A stretch of DNA of 64,000 bases from Octopus vulgaris (Eukaryota). The notes under the pieces were generated by a model. The model saw only the letters and a list, made by a program, of their open reading frames with translations, made no database searches and had not been told where the DNA came from. The translations under genes were made by a program, and so were the position numbers. Positions 38,483-51,611 of the stretch are shown here, one piece after another; positions within the stretch are counted from its first letter, which is position 1; the number at the start of each line of letters is the position of its first letter. The stretch covers positions 20,212,001-20,276,000 of the forward strand of contig OX597827.1 in the NCBI GenBank assembly GCA_951406725.2, in the 5' to 3' direction.

Positions 38483-41313
38483 TTTTAAATGGTTAATTTA
38501 ATTTATTACAATAGTTCTCATATCTTATACAATAATACTGATCATGTAATTATTTTCCATAATTGCAATTTAGATTTTTAAAAATACCCAAGTAATTGTA
38601 TGGGGTGGGGTGAATGGGAACAGGCAAGGGGTTTTCTAGCCTGTAGATTTCCCTGTTTGATATAATGAAATTTCAACCAAAATTATATTTTTGCTCTTTC
38701 ATCAGTAAAAAGATAATGACTGGAGATTAATATTTTCTTTAATTCTCTGCTTCTCTTGAATGCTTTACTAATTTGGTTTTTCTAAGTTAAACAGATTGAG
38801 ATTTATAATTTGATTGTACTTTTAAATGTTATCAACATTCTCTAATGAAACATTAGGTTTATTAATGTCGAGACACACACACATGAAAACCTCGTCCAGT
38901 CTAAACAAAACACTTGACAACTGACTCATTACACAACTGTATACAAATACCTCTTAATGAGACACTTATTACTTTTCTAAATTATAAATCTTGTTTTATA
39001 TTGACTTAATCCCACAATCTTAACAAGTGAAATATTAACAATTCAACCTTAATCTGCTTGCTAGGAATTTCATAGTAACATGGTAAATACTTATGAGAAA
39101 ATATCAGTAAGGAATGTAATGTTTATCTTAGTGAAATATCTCCTATTGTTGAATTTGATTTAATGAATGGAACTGAAATGAGCTGTAAATTCATATCAAC
39201 GCATAGTGCCATGTAAAAAGTGCTGGTGCCACATAAAAAGGCACTGGGCATCCAGCTGTAGAAAAAAAAACAAGCTAAAAGAGGCTATGGGACCTGGTGC
39301 AGTCCCTGGCCTTGCCAGTTCCTGTCAAGCCATCCTACCCTATTTTTAATTCCCTTAAATGCAAGTGACATCCTCATTTAAGGGCTACAGGTTGACCAAA
39401 GCAATGTTAAGTTTTAGCAATGGCATTTCTTGTTGAGAGTTTCAAGTGAAGCAGTTTAAATCTTCAACATTCACGTGCCAAGTCATTATCATAAAACTAA
39501 TCATATTCTGTGTTTCCCCCCCGTAAGGACAGAATTCAGATGTTAGCAGAGCATAGGAAGGACTTCTGATTTACTGATATTACACTTCACCGTATTCTTC
39601 ATACATATTGCTTCTACAAACAAGGATTACAGAAGGAGTTACTTCACTCTGTCTATGACAAATAAAAAGCCAAACTTTTTGCTGAAACACTTTTGATATC
39701 ATACTGTACAGTGCTCCATATTATAATGTTATGATATAATTTTTCTGAATGTATTTTTCTATATTAATTGAATTAAATTTTAAAATGTTATTTCTTATCA
39801 GTAAGAAATCGACAAACATATTTGCTAAGTCTGCAATTACGTTGAACTGTGACATTTTCCTATCATAAATACTGTACTTGCCAACTAAGAAACAATAAAC
39901 ATTCCAAATGAAGGTTTGCTCTTATAAAATGTTGAATAAATGTTGTTACATTTTCCCATTTCACATTCTTCACTGGTTTCTATGCTGAGTGACATTTTAA
40001 TGTTGATTCTTTGCAAAGAGGATTTTTTTCCCTTGTAGTTTCATAAATATCTTCTAAGAAATTTTAAAATTAAATGTGTGTGTGTGTGTGTATCATATAA
40101 ATGAATGAATTTTATATTTACCACTATTTCTGGTTTTGCTCTAAAACTGTTTTGTGATTCCAACCATTAGAGAGAAAATGTTGGATTAACAACCAAAAAA
40201 GAAGTGAACTTTTCATATTGTTGGGTCTCATTAGCTTCAGTGCCATTAGAACTTCCCAGCTGTTTCCAGTGAAACTTGGACTGCATTAATTAGCAGGCCT
40301 GGATCTTCTTGGTAGCCTTTATAACCCCCAAAGCTGATTTAGAACAAGACTAGAAATAATTTTGTAAAAATTGGCTTGGATGCTGTATTGTGTATTATTT
40401 GATTTTCCTGGCTAAATATCTTTTTCTCATTCCTGACTTCATTCCTATCCTGTCCATTTTCTCATTCATCGAGAAAATGAGTGTCTTTAATGGGACTAAA
40501 ATTATTAAGACTCAACTTGGGGTTGAATGCACAATCTTTTTGTTGGATGTGTATCATTGTCTCAAAAGATATTCTAGAGTCTAAAAATAATTTTTATTTA
40601 GCTACACTGTCGTAATTAGGACGTTTAATTATGTCAATTCGTATGTCAAGCAATAAACCCAGTTTTGTTAGGCATTTTATATGATTAGTAAATTGTGGAA
40701 TGAAAATTGCATGACACTCCTGGAAATATTTGCCACTTAATAGGAATATGTTTAATTTTTGGAATTACATTTATTTTTAATAGATAAATATTTCTTTGTG
40801 TACTGATTCTGGGGATGCTATTATGTTTTAATCAAAATCTTTATTTGTTGGCTATGGTTTGTGATGCAAATCCCAGATAAGAATGCTGTACTCAGAGAAG
40901 AGATGCCAAATTAGTTTCATTCTACATCAAAATAGCTTGGCTTTTACAACAAAAAAATATCCTTAATAAAAACCTAGCAAAACTCTGTAGCAAGTAAAAT
41001 GTATTTGTTTGTTTTTACACAGGAGAGTTATGAACTAAAAACTACTGTCTGCATCATGTGCCCTTTATTTTAATTGTTATTCTCATCAGATGTCTGTATT
41101 TCTGTATGGATCTTTTATCATTCTTACTTTACATGGATTATTAAAATCATGTAGTGTTTATAGATTACAGGATCTGATCTAATTGAGAGCAGAAGTGAGA
41201 GTTGACCACAGTAAGCAAGTTTAAGTGGAGGAAATATTTTGTGTCCCCTTGCTATCACAGCTGTCCTTAACGTGTTGCTACCTTTTGTACCTGCTTTTAC
41301 TCTTTTCCAACCA

Positions 41314-41537
41314 GGAGCTGGCAGAATCGTTAGTATGCCGGGCGAAATGCTTAGCAGTATTTCGTCTGCCGCTACGTTCTGAGTTCAAATTCCGCCAAGG
41401 TCGACTTTGCCTTTCATCCTTTCGGGGTCGATTAAATAAGTACCAGTTACGCACTGGGGTTGATATAATCGACTTAATCCGTTTGTCTGTCCTTGTTTGT
41501 CCTCTCTGTGTTTAGCCCCTTGTGGGTCGTAAAGAAA
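41314..41537 (+). mobile_element. Young SINE family C copy (CpGs retained)
   Basis: gagctggcagaatcgttag..gagttcaaattccgcc..gtcgactttgcctttcatcctttcggggtcgattaaataagtaccag. The core resembles the conserved central domain described for MetaSINE-type elements (from memory). Confidence 0.85.
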
Positions 41538-42714
41538 TTTACTATATGGCAAGTTGTAGAAAGAGCATTTCAACTTGTGAACGACAAAAGAATTGATAAG
41601 AATTATAATAAATATTTTCAGTTTCGCAAATTGTAAAGTTCTTTTAGAATTAATTTGATGTTGCACATTTCTGTAAATTATTTGCCAGACAGCTTTATGG
41701 TGGATTCACTTTTTAAAACAGAAATATTTCTACCACATGTGTTTTCAGTTTGTAGATTGTTTTCTTATACTTGATGTAATTTTGAAGAATGCAATTCTAA
41801 AGTAGACTTGGTTAGTTTTCTTCTGCTATTTTATTTTGCAAAACAAGTTTTTACTTTTGTATTTATTTTTGTTACACTTTTTTTTTGACTTGCTTGATCC
41901 AAGGAAAGCATAAACTACTGCTAATTCTCTGTTAACACCACATTATTGTTGTTGTTGTCGCCGCCGCCATTGTTGTTGGGTGGGCAGCAGTTTGGCAGAA
42001 TTGTCAGAGCACTGGACAAAATGCCTTGTGTTGGTTTGGGATAGTCCTTTATGTTCTGAATTGAAATCTTGCCAAGATTGGTTTTGCTTTCAATTAAATA
42101 AAGTACTTGGATGCTTGACTTTATTTTATTGACTTGGGACGTCCTCTCATAAACCTTTTGGTGTTGTGCCTATGTTAGAATTTATTGTTACTATTATTAT
42201 TATTATTTAGTGAATGGTGGATTGGCAAAATCATGAGAGTATTGAACAAAATATATTGATGGATTTGTTGAGGATTTTTTGTAGATTTCAGAGTTAAAAT
42301 CTCACTGAGACCAGCTTTGACTTTCCTTCTCCTGGGGTTGATAAAGACTAGTCTAAGTAGAAGGATGGGACAAGGCCAGTCAGAGAACTTATTATTCTTT
42401 AAAGGCCATGGCTTTCTAATTTTTAGGCTCTGTCTTTTCAAATTCTTACTAAAAATTCTGAACCTTGTCTTCTTCCAGATGACAAATCTATCAGCTAGGA
42501 ATTATTAGTGTGTGTGTGAGAGAGAGAGAGAGAGAGCTCTTGTCTTCTGGTATTCATTGCCCAGTGTCTCCTAACTTTTAAGGAAAGATTGAAACATGAA
42601 AGGGAAATTGAAAAAATAGTGAAATAACTTTGTTTCTTTTTGCTGATATTCCTTGGTGAAGGTCACACACACACACACACACACAAACAGATATATAAAA
42701 ACTATATGTTCATA

Positions 42715-43172
42715 GGTGCAAGCGTGACTGTGTGGTATGAAGCTTGCGTCCCAACCACATGGTTCTGAGGTCAGTCCCACTGCATGGTATCTTGGCCAGG
42801 TGTCTTCTACTATAGCCTCAGGCCAACCAAAGCCTTGTGAGTGGATTTGGTAGACGGAAACTGAAAGAAACTCATTGTATATCATCATCACCATTGTTTA
42901 ATGTCTGCTGTCCATGCTAGCATGGGTTGGATGATTTGACTGAGGTCTGGCGAACCTGATGGCTGCACCAGACTCCAATCTGATCTGGCAGAGTTTCTAC
43001 AGCTGGATGCCCTTCCTAACACCAACCACTCCAAGAGTGTAGTGGGTGCTTTTACGTGCCACTGGCATGAGGGCCAGTCAGGCAGTACTGGCAACAGCCA
43101 CGCTCAAATGGTGCTTTTTATGTGTCACCTGCACAGGAGCCAGTCCAGCAGCACTGGCAACGACCTCACTCG

Positions 43173-43227
<55 letters not shown>

Positions 43228-43386
43228 TGGCATCCTTTTTGTCTCGGGAGACAATGGAGTTGCACACAAAATAATCTAGTTCAGCTTTTACATTTCATGT
43301 CCTAATACATTTCCTGCTGTGGTTGTGTAGTCCCATCCTGGACAAACACTCTCTCTGGCAGGTGCTGCAAATGTAGCGAAGACTTT

Positions 43387-43429
<43 letters not shown>

Positions 43430-43623
43430 CACACACACATACATGTTTTTGTGTTTGTACCCACCACCACCACCCTTGCACCATTGCTTGACAACCGATG
43501 TTGGTGTGTTTATTTCCCCATAACTTAGCAGTTCAGGAAAAGAAACTGATAGAATATGTACTAGGCTTACAAAGAGTAAGTTCTGGAGTCAATTTGTTTG
43601 ACTAAAACCCCTTAAGGCAGTGC
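42715..43623 (+). mobile_element. SINE family A split by later insertions (head 42715-42880, tail about 43393-43623)
   Basis: Head and tail halves each match the reverse complement of 19423-19826. Confidence 0.8.
42883..43178 (-). mobile_element. RTE 3'UTR fragment inserted into the SINE's central (TA)n
   Basis: (CAT)n..gtttaatgtctgctgtccatgctagc.. with tandem units. Confidence 0.85.
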
Positions 43624-45259
43624 TTGTTGTGATTTTATGTAATTATGTAGATTGTAGAAAGGCTTTCTGATGTATTTTATAGTTCTCAGATACACCCATT
43701 TGATTACCTAAAATAGCCATAGAATTTGAACCCGTTTCATTTGACTTTGTGCATTTAAATTATAATAAAGGGTTATTAAATGGAAAGTAAAAATAGGTGA
43801 ATGTATTGGTTCATTTGTTTAAATCAGTAGACTCTTCTTTTGTTTGAGTCTGTGGACTTGTGCTGGATATTAATAGTCTATATTTGTATCTTACTGAATA
43901 AGTATAAATTAAAGTGCGTATATTGTTTTCAAGGGCTGGTAGAATTGTAAACAAACGAAATCCTAAGTTCCCTGCTTTCTTTTTCAAGCTGTCAGTATAC
44001 GTCAGTGCTCCAGCATGGCCACAACCAAATGACTGAAACAAGTAAAAGAATAAAGGAATGCACATAGATACACGACAGGCTTTTACACAGTTTAGTTTCA
44101 TTTAATAAATTCCATTGGGAAGGAATTACCCAACCTGAACTTTGGTAGAAGATACCCAAGGTTCTGTGTAATGGATTTGAACACTTGGTGTTGTGCATTC
44201 TTTAATCTATAGCTACTCGTGTTATTTTAGCTCCTGGCATCTGACTAATTAGCCTAATTATAATAAATTAAATTCTTCCCATCATATCAAATAAGATCGT
44301 TTCCCTGAATCTTTTCAGTTTTTTTCTTTTTTTTTTGGTCCTTTCATTAAATCTTGATTAAAAGAGTTGATTAATGAATAATTTTTAACTTCCAGTTTTA
44401 CCAAGTTCTCCATTCCTTTACACCTCTCAAACTCTAATGTTTTCCTTTTTCCTCTTCTGATTTGCGTACTTTCCACTTCTCATCCTCCTCCTCCTCAATC
44501 TGTTTAACCCCTGCTGATCATCACTGCACATAGAATACACCTTCTGCACTCCCTACAAGTGTAACTTAGAAACTCATTCCTTTGTTCAGGTATTTCTAAT
44601 TTATCACACACTGTCATCTCTTCAAATTCACAATTGTCTGGATTCTTTTTTCTTTTCATGTTGTCTCTTACCAGGTTCCATATAGGTTGTGGGTGTCCAC
44701 CTCTTAAGACAGCCAATTAAAAAGCAATTTAACATAAAATGATAGTTTCTATAACAACCTGGATCTTATATTAAACTTCATTGTTCCACTGAAAGACAAA
44801 ACATGATTAATTGAAGTTTCTGCAAATTAATCCTGGAAATTATTCCCAGTTTTCAGATGCAAATTTATTTCCCCATTCTTTCATTAAGTATATTTTCTTA
44901 GAAAAACTTGTGGTCATACTTGGATCCACATTTAGTATGGCTTGTAAGAATTTTTAATTATTGAAAGGGAAAAAAATTCTTTTTTAAAAATCATGTTTTA
45001 GATATTTTGGGAAAAACAATTTTGGCTATATCGACTTAGTCTTGTCTAAAATACTCAGAATTTCAAAACTTTTGGTTGTAAAAGGTAACTCGGATACTTC
45101 TCTAATTTACTGGAAATATTTTACATCTTGAATGCTAATTGCTATCTCCTGTCTCCTGGTCAGTGGTCTTTTTTTCCAATTTATCTACCTACTTTTAACA
45201 CATGCACACATTATTATAATAATTCTAATTATACATTTATCTACTAATTCATTTTCACT

Positions 45260-45700
45260 GTCTACTATTGCCGGGAGGGTTGTGAGAATCCCCAGGCACT
45301 TTCTCCATAGGCTTCTATCAGAAGCAACCATCATGAAATTTTCCTGCTAGATTCCTAAGTTTGTCTACCTGAGACTATAGGTATTATGCAACCATCTTGC
45401 TTGTGTTCTACACCTAAGTCTTCTGCCAGTTGGCTTGGTTTGAAGAATTTGTCTTGTGATTCTTTCCTGCAACATTTTAACTACATTCTCATATTATTGG
45501 AGCTGTGATGTTTCAATGTTAAGAAATAGCAGCTCAACCTGAAGAAACTCTGATCCCTGAGCTATGCACCTTGTTGAGTAACAGTACTCTAGGAATCCTT
45601 TCGAGGAACTGTATCTTGGTATTTTGTATTTCTGATCGAGCTCTTTTGCTCATTACCCAACATTCACAACCAAATCTAGGCAAGCTATTGTACATCCTTG
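45260..45700 (-). mobile_element. Old RTE LINE C-terminal fragment
   Basis: FGCECWVMSKRARSEIQNTKIQFLERIPRVLLLNKVHSSGIRVS resembles the RTE YGSETW..EMRFLRRI..DKVRN region. Confidence 0.7.
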
Positions 45701-45885
45701 TCACAGCAGCAGCGATAAAACCTGGCATAGCAATGAGTTGTATATGGCTGATTATAAAATCATTAACATATTGTTACTAATGAAAAAAAAATGATTTTCT
45801 TTTTTACAATTATTTAAAAGATGTTATTAAGGTTATGTGGAGGCACTTGACCTACTGGTGAGGGTTTTGCACTCGATGGCACCTG

Positions 45886-47290
45886 GAATGATGTGGGTAC
45901 TAGGCTACTGGAGTTCTGTGATGCATGTAACCTTTTCATCTACAACACTAACTTCAAGAAGCCAGACAGCCACCTGATAACCTATCAATCAGGGGACTCT
46001 GCTAACTAGATTGATTTCATCCTCACCAGACAGAGATATGCAGGGTCGCTCTTAAATACAAAGACCCTCTCGGATGAAGAATGTACCCCCCAGCATAGAC
46101 TAGTCATTAGTGACTTTAGGCTCGAGGCCAGAAGAATACCAAGAAGCAGATCAATCCAAAAAAGAAGGATTTGGAAGCTAAAGAATCCTTCACATGGTCA
46201 GAGATTTAGAGACATCCTTATCGAGAAATTTGATGAGAGGGAGGAGGAGCTGCAGACATCAGACATAGAAGGTCGTTGGAAATTTGTTCGGGACAGCTTG
46301 CTAAGTGCCACAGACCAAGTCTGCGGATGGTGCAAAGTCCCTTCCAGGCCTAGTTACATGGTGGTGGAATAATATGGTAGACAAGGCCATTTAGAGAAAA
46401 GAAACAGGCCTGGAAGGGTGGGGATAGCAGGGAACTGTACCAGGTAGCCAAAAGGCTACATAGCCAAGAGCGAAGCGGAAATGAAGTATGCCAATGTCCA
46501 GTGACATGAGGACCAAAGAACTGAGGTATTTTGGATTGCAAGACAGTGTGTGAGAGAAAATTGTGATGTCACAGGAGAGAAATGTGTCCGCATGGATGAT
46601 GGTGCACTTGCTTTTAATGATTCAGAAAAGAAAGAGGCTTGGAGAAGCCATTATGAAAGACTTCTGAAAGTGGAGAATGAATGGGAGGAGGAGAGCCTGC
46701 CAAATGTTGACCCAGTAGAGGGACCAACTATCTAAATAGACAGCACCCTGGTAGATAAAGCAATTAAGAGTATGAAGCCAAGAAAAACCCCTGGCCCATT
46801 AAGAATCACTGCCGAGAAGCTTAAAACATCTGGTGGTGTGGGCTATGGCCTAGTCACCCACATTGTAAACCAGGTAGTTCATGATGGAGTCATACCCAAT
46901 GACTGGCGTAGCAGCACCATAGTCAACTGCTACAAGGGTGAAGGTGATGCTCTAGATAGAAATAACTACAGGGGTATCAAACTGCTGAATCAGGTGATGA
47001 AGGTCACAGAGAGGGTTATAGCCTATCTCATCAGGGAGAGAGTCTGCTTATATGAGATGCAGTTTGGTTTTGTTCCGGGTAGAAGCACCACTGATGCCAT
47101 ATTCCTGGTTCAACAACTGCAGGAGAAATACCTAGCTAAAGATAAACCCTTATACTTAGCTTTTGTGGACTTGGAGAAAGCCTTTGACAGGGTCCCCCAA
47201 TCCCTTATCTAGTGGGCGATGTGGAAACTGGAGATTGACGAATGGTTAATAGGGGCTGTACAGGCCCTATACAGAGAGGCTGTTAGTAAG
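45886..47290 (+). mobile_element. RTE-clade LINE fragment (APE endonuclease C-terminus + RT N-terminus), inactivated
   Basis: GTRLLEFCDACNLFIYNTNFKKPDSHLITYQSG..IDFIL (APE); NYRGIKLL..QFGFVPGRSTTDAIFLVQQLQEK..LYLAFVDLEKAFDRVP (RT). Stop codons and frameshifts present, 3' truncated. Confidence 0.93.
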
Positions 47291-48366
47291 AATCTGATTG
47301 ATCATGTGATCAAGGTTTTAAAAGAAGACAATACGTGTCTTTCATTATTGAAAGCTGAAAATTTTGATTTTTCTGTCAAACTGTTTCGTCCTTAGCAAGT
47401 GATTAACTGAGTTTAATGACCGAAAGTGTCACACAAAATATTAATGTTGGGAACAGGGTGACTTAAGATAGAAATTGATATTTTCACATTAATGTTTTAT
47501 AGAAATCAATTTTTGTGCATCATCATCATCAAACACAGACTACTGTAGATATTATTTTTTAAATCCTAGATCTGTTTGTTGTCTGGCTACAGAAGAATTT
47601 TCTTGTTTCTCATCACTATTTGTAATTCTGTGAATGTAATTGTTGTTGAATTTTTATTTTTACATAAAACACCAAACAAAACCTGATGAAATCATCATTT
47701 AGATGTTTTACAGTAGGCGTCAACTTGTTTTGGTTTTTTTTTTTGTGACATTTCAGATATCTCTCTGAAATGCCAAATTATTCTCTTCTAATGCCGCTAT
47801 CTTTTTGGCCAGGTTGACATATCTGTAAATCATACCACAGAAAATAGATAATTTTAAAGCAGATATTGTCTAAGATCAACTATAAATTTTACATTCACGG
47901 ATGTACTGTTAATCAAAATATTCAACGTGGTTATAAATTGGTTTTGAGAACAGAGATGCAACCCCAAGCTTCTTTTGTATGATTTTGTTACCCATTGATA
48001 ACATTTTTATCTATAAACTGTTGTGCTTTGCAAGTATTTACTATCCATTTTGTGGCCTGCAAAGATTGTCTTGCTTTTTCAGTTTTTTATTCTTGTAAAT
48101 ACAGTTAAAACCTCTCTAAGTACAACTCACCCTATTAATACTGACCCAAAATCTCAACAACTAAGCCAATGTGGTTATTTCTATTCTCAACTCATCTTGT
48201 TTAACATTTATCTAAATTGCAACATTTCTCATAGCCTTGCTAAATTACACTAGACATTTTAAAAATAGTCTCTAAACAACAGCTCAAAAGAGGGTTGTTA
48301 AAATATTAACAAATTCTTTTGAAAATGTTAGCTGAAATGATTTTTATAGTAAAATATAAACTTATA

Positions 48367-48760
48367 GGTGCAGGCATAGCTGTGTGGTTAAGAAGCATGC
48401 TTCCTTTGTGAGTCTTGGGTTCAGTCCCACAGTGTGGTTCATTGGCCAAGTGTCTTCTACTATATAGCTCCAAGCTAAGCAAAGCCTGTCTGCTTGTGTG
48501 TGTGTGTGTGTGTGTTTCCTCTTGTCTTGACATCACTTGATGGTTGCAAATGAGCATTACTAATCTTGCAAGCCGTGTGGTTTATTTCCAGTCTTCTGTG
48601 TAGAACATGACTGGCCATTGGGAAATCTCATCTCTTGCTTAGAAACAAGTGAGGTGTGGTGTGAGGAAAGGCATCTGACTGTAGAAAAATCTGCCTCCGT
48701 GAGTTCTGTCTGACCCATGCAAGCATGTAAAAGTAGATGGTAAATGATGATGAGGATGAT
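48367..48760 (+). mobile_element. SINE with family A tRNA head and RTE-like (GAT)n tail
   Basis: ggtgcaggcatagctgtgtggttaag..ggttcagtcccac..ggccaagtgtcttctact, (TG)n, a distinct body, then ggaaaggcatctgactgtagaaa..acccatgcaagcatg..aaatgatgatga. Confidence 0.75.
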
Positions 48761-49000
48761 AAATTTATAGCTAAAATAATGTTTAGTATTTTTTGATTTT
48801 TGAATGTTGGCTCATATTCGAAGAGGAAATGATTTAAATTGGTTATGTTTTGTCTTACATACATAAATAGTTAAAGTAGAACTGAAATTTAAGAATGTAT
48901 TTGACAAGTTGATTTTATGTGACTTACATACATTTCACCAGTGAAAGAAACCCTCTTAAAAGACCTCCAATTGCATATTTTAGCAATATTAATTCTGGTT

Positions 49001-49425
49001 CATCATCATTGTTATCGTTAACGTCTGCTTTCCATGATGGCATAGGTTGGATGGTTTGACTGAGGGCTGGTAGGCCAGAAGGCTGCACCAGGCTCCAATC
49101 TGATCTGACAAAGTTTCTACTGCTGGATTCCCTTCCTAACACCAACCACTCCGAGACCGTAGTGGGTGCTTCTTACGTGCTACCGGCATGAGGACCAGTC
49201 AGGTGGTACTGGCATTGACCACGCTTAAATGGTGCTTTTTACATACCACCCGCACAGGAGCCAGTCAGCTGGCACTGGCAACAACCATGCTTGAATGGTG
49301 CTTTTTACATGCCACCACGCTTGAATGGTGCTTTTTACATGCCACCGGCATGACAACCTGTCAGCTGGCACTGGCATCGACCACGTTTGAATGGTGCCTT
49401 TTACGTGCCACCAGCACGGGAGCCA
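49001..49425 (-). mobile_element. RTE 3'UTR fragment with tandem units, about 150 bp upstream of adducin coding exon 2
   Basis: Standard tail plus 4-5 units ending gaatggtgctttttacat. Confidence 0.85.
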
Positions 49426-49573
49426 CTTTTTAAACAAACAGAATCACTGTTGTCAATTTTTGTTTTTAATGTTTCATTGTAGATTTGATTGCCATTTCAA
49501 GTTTCTGTCTTTGAGCTGTTGTCTGTTGTTTGTAATCTTGCTTTATTCTAAGATATGTTTTGATTTTCTTCAG

Positions 49574-49819
49574 ATCCAGACGATCCAGAATACATTCGTC
49601 AGAAGCAACGACCAGCTGTTGTCAAAGAAGACGTAAAGCAAATGGAGGATCGCAGACGTGTCTCCATTGTGCTGAATAGCGAAGCCTTTCGAGAAGAATT
49701 GGAGCAAATTGTCCACGAACATATGAAAGCTGGCCACCACCCTGCAAGTCTCGCCTTGCAGCAGATTACCGAACTTCTGTTGCCACACTCTGCTTATCGT
49801 AGTAATAGTGGATTCCGAG
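49574..49819 (+). CDS. hts: Adducin (hts/ADD1-like), second coding exon, N-terminal head region
   Basis: Acceptor ttttcttcag| at 49573, donor GAG|GTAGGT at 49820, 246 nt, phase 1-1. Translation PDDPEYIRQKQRPAVVKEDVKQMEDRRRVSIVLNSEAFREELEQIVHEHMKAGHHPASLALQQITELL resembles ADD1 [46 protein letters not shown] and Drosophila Hts MERRKRVEAIMGSKLFREELERIV. Confidence 0.95.
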
Positions 49820-50024
49820 GTAGGTACTTTGATTCAATAAGCTGTTCAAACTAAACACCCTGTATCTTTCGTCAAAACTTATGTTCTTAAGATATATTTC
49901 TATTGCAACAATATCTTATGTATTCTTAATATAACAAAAATCCTTACTTTAATCTTTTCTAGTTCACAATCATTATCCTACCCTATATATGGGTGAGGTT
50001 CACTTGCTTCTGAATTCTTAATTA

Positions 50025-50360
50025 GTGAAGGCGCATGGCTCAGTGGTTAGTGTCGAGCTTATGATCGTGAGGTTGTGAGTTTGATTCCCAGACTAGGCTG
50101 TGTGTTGTGTTCTTGAGCAAGACAATTTATTTCACGTTGCTCCAGTTAACTCAGCTGTAGAAATGAGTTGCAACATCACTGGTGCCAAGCTGTATCATCC
50201 CCTTTGCTTTTCTCTTGGATAACATCGGTGGTGTGGAGAGGAGAGGCCGTTATGCATGGGCAACTATGGCCTTCCACAAACAACCTTGCCCAGACTTGTG
50301 CCTCGGAGGGTAACTTTCTAGGTGCAGTCCCATGGTCATTCATGACTGAAGGGGGGTCTC
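50025..50360 (+). mobile_element. tRNA-derived SINE (family D)
   Basis: A box tggctcagtgg, B box gtttgattccc, gtgttcttgagcaagac, ccagttaactcagctgtagaaatgagt central domain. Confidence 0.8.
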
Positions 50361-50764
50361 CCCTCCTCAATTACGTCTATATTGAACAGTTTTCTTAGAT
50401 TTTCCTTATTGACCTTTTATTTTGCCTTATTTCACTCTCAGCTTTTTTTACTCTGATCTTCATTAATTCAATGTTTCTGTGTTGAGATTTTAGACCAGAA
50501 TAGTAGAGAAGTTCACCATTCCTGAGGTTCTGATTGTTTGTTCCCATTGAGGGTGGATACTTCTGGTTTTTGTATCATGTGATTGCTTGCTATATCATAA
50601 CACACATGATACCCAAAATCTAGAAATTATCATTTAGGTGTTTTCTTGCCCCCTTCTTTCTTATTTCTATTTTCCAATATTCTTTTAATGAAATATTTCC
50701 TTGTTTCTTTAATTTCACTTGTTTTCGGTTCAACTCTGTCATTAGTTTTACCTGATCAGCTTCT

Positions 50765-50980
50765 TTTAATTTAAGCTGGTCAAGTCAGGATCAAATATTC
50801 TTCTACCTGTTTTATATTCAAACGGGCCAAGTCTGACCTCTCGCGCCAACCCTACAATGCCATCCTAAACATAAATAATAACATCACTGAAATCTTGAAG
50901 CTACAAGATAATGCATGACCAATTCAGAACAATGTGAATAAGCAACAACCTAATTTGACAGTAATCTGAATGCTCAAGGG
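50765..50980 (+). mobile_element. TTAA-type MITE, left end decayed (same family as 57147)
   Basis: ccaaccctacaat..gctacaagataatgc..aacaatgtg..aaggg|ttaa shared with 57147-57367. Confidence 0.7.
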
Positions 50981-51248
50981 TTAAAGTTATTAAGACAGAA
51001 ACAGAGTAGACACACTGCTTTCAGTTTTCATCAATAAAATGCATACATTAAATTTAATTATTGTTTTTGTGAAACTATTAAGCGGTAGCTCTTAGTTTTA
51101 GTTATTTAATGTTTTATAAAATTCTAAAATTATATCTAAGCAGTTTCATCTTCCTTTGATGCTCCTAGGAAAATAGCAGTGCACATCAAATGATGGCCTT
51201 GGCTGTTATAGGAAAAGAGCAGATGTATTGTTTGGTATCAGAGATTAG

Positions 51249-51611
51249 GTATCTTTTCAGTTTGAACAGCAGTTTTTTCTAGCAGTGGCATATGAAATTG
51301 TCACCCATAATTATGACCCTAGTATTGATCTATTGCATTTCAATCTATTTTAGGGTTAGTTAGGGTTTCTTAAACGAGGGACATATTCATATGGCACAGA
51401 ATGTTGTTTACCTCAATGGATGTCAGTGATTGGTTGAAATTGCAGAAATTGCAGAAAAAGAACAACAAATATCTTACAAACAATTGAATTTTCTCAATAA
51501 AGCCAAGAGACAAAGATGTTTTATAAACACATTCTACCAGTATACGAAGTTTAAAATTTTTTAGTTACCTAGAAATTATGTTAAAAACTGCCATTCAAAC
51601 TGAAAAGATCC
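51249..51611. mobile_element. MITE with ~29-bp TIRs and perfect 8-bp target site duplication GAGATTAG
   Basis: gagattag|gtatcttttcagtttgaacagcagttttt ... aaaaactgccattcaaactgaaaagatcc|gagattag. Confidence 0.9.

Larger units (their letters stand above)
14351..49573 (+). other. Adducin intron of 35,223 bp (GT-AG, phase 1)
   Basis: GTAAGT...TTCAG boundaries join the two coding exons in frame with continuous adducin similarity. Confidence 0.85.

Noticed and set aside
43042-43494. ORFs with IYIYIY or CVCV runs
   Set aside because: Translations of (TA)n and (TG)n microsatellites.
50030-50100. tRNA-like A/B box sequence (also 19750-19826, 41314-41400, 42715-42790)
   Set aside because: No complete cloverleaf, and each continues into a SINE body.
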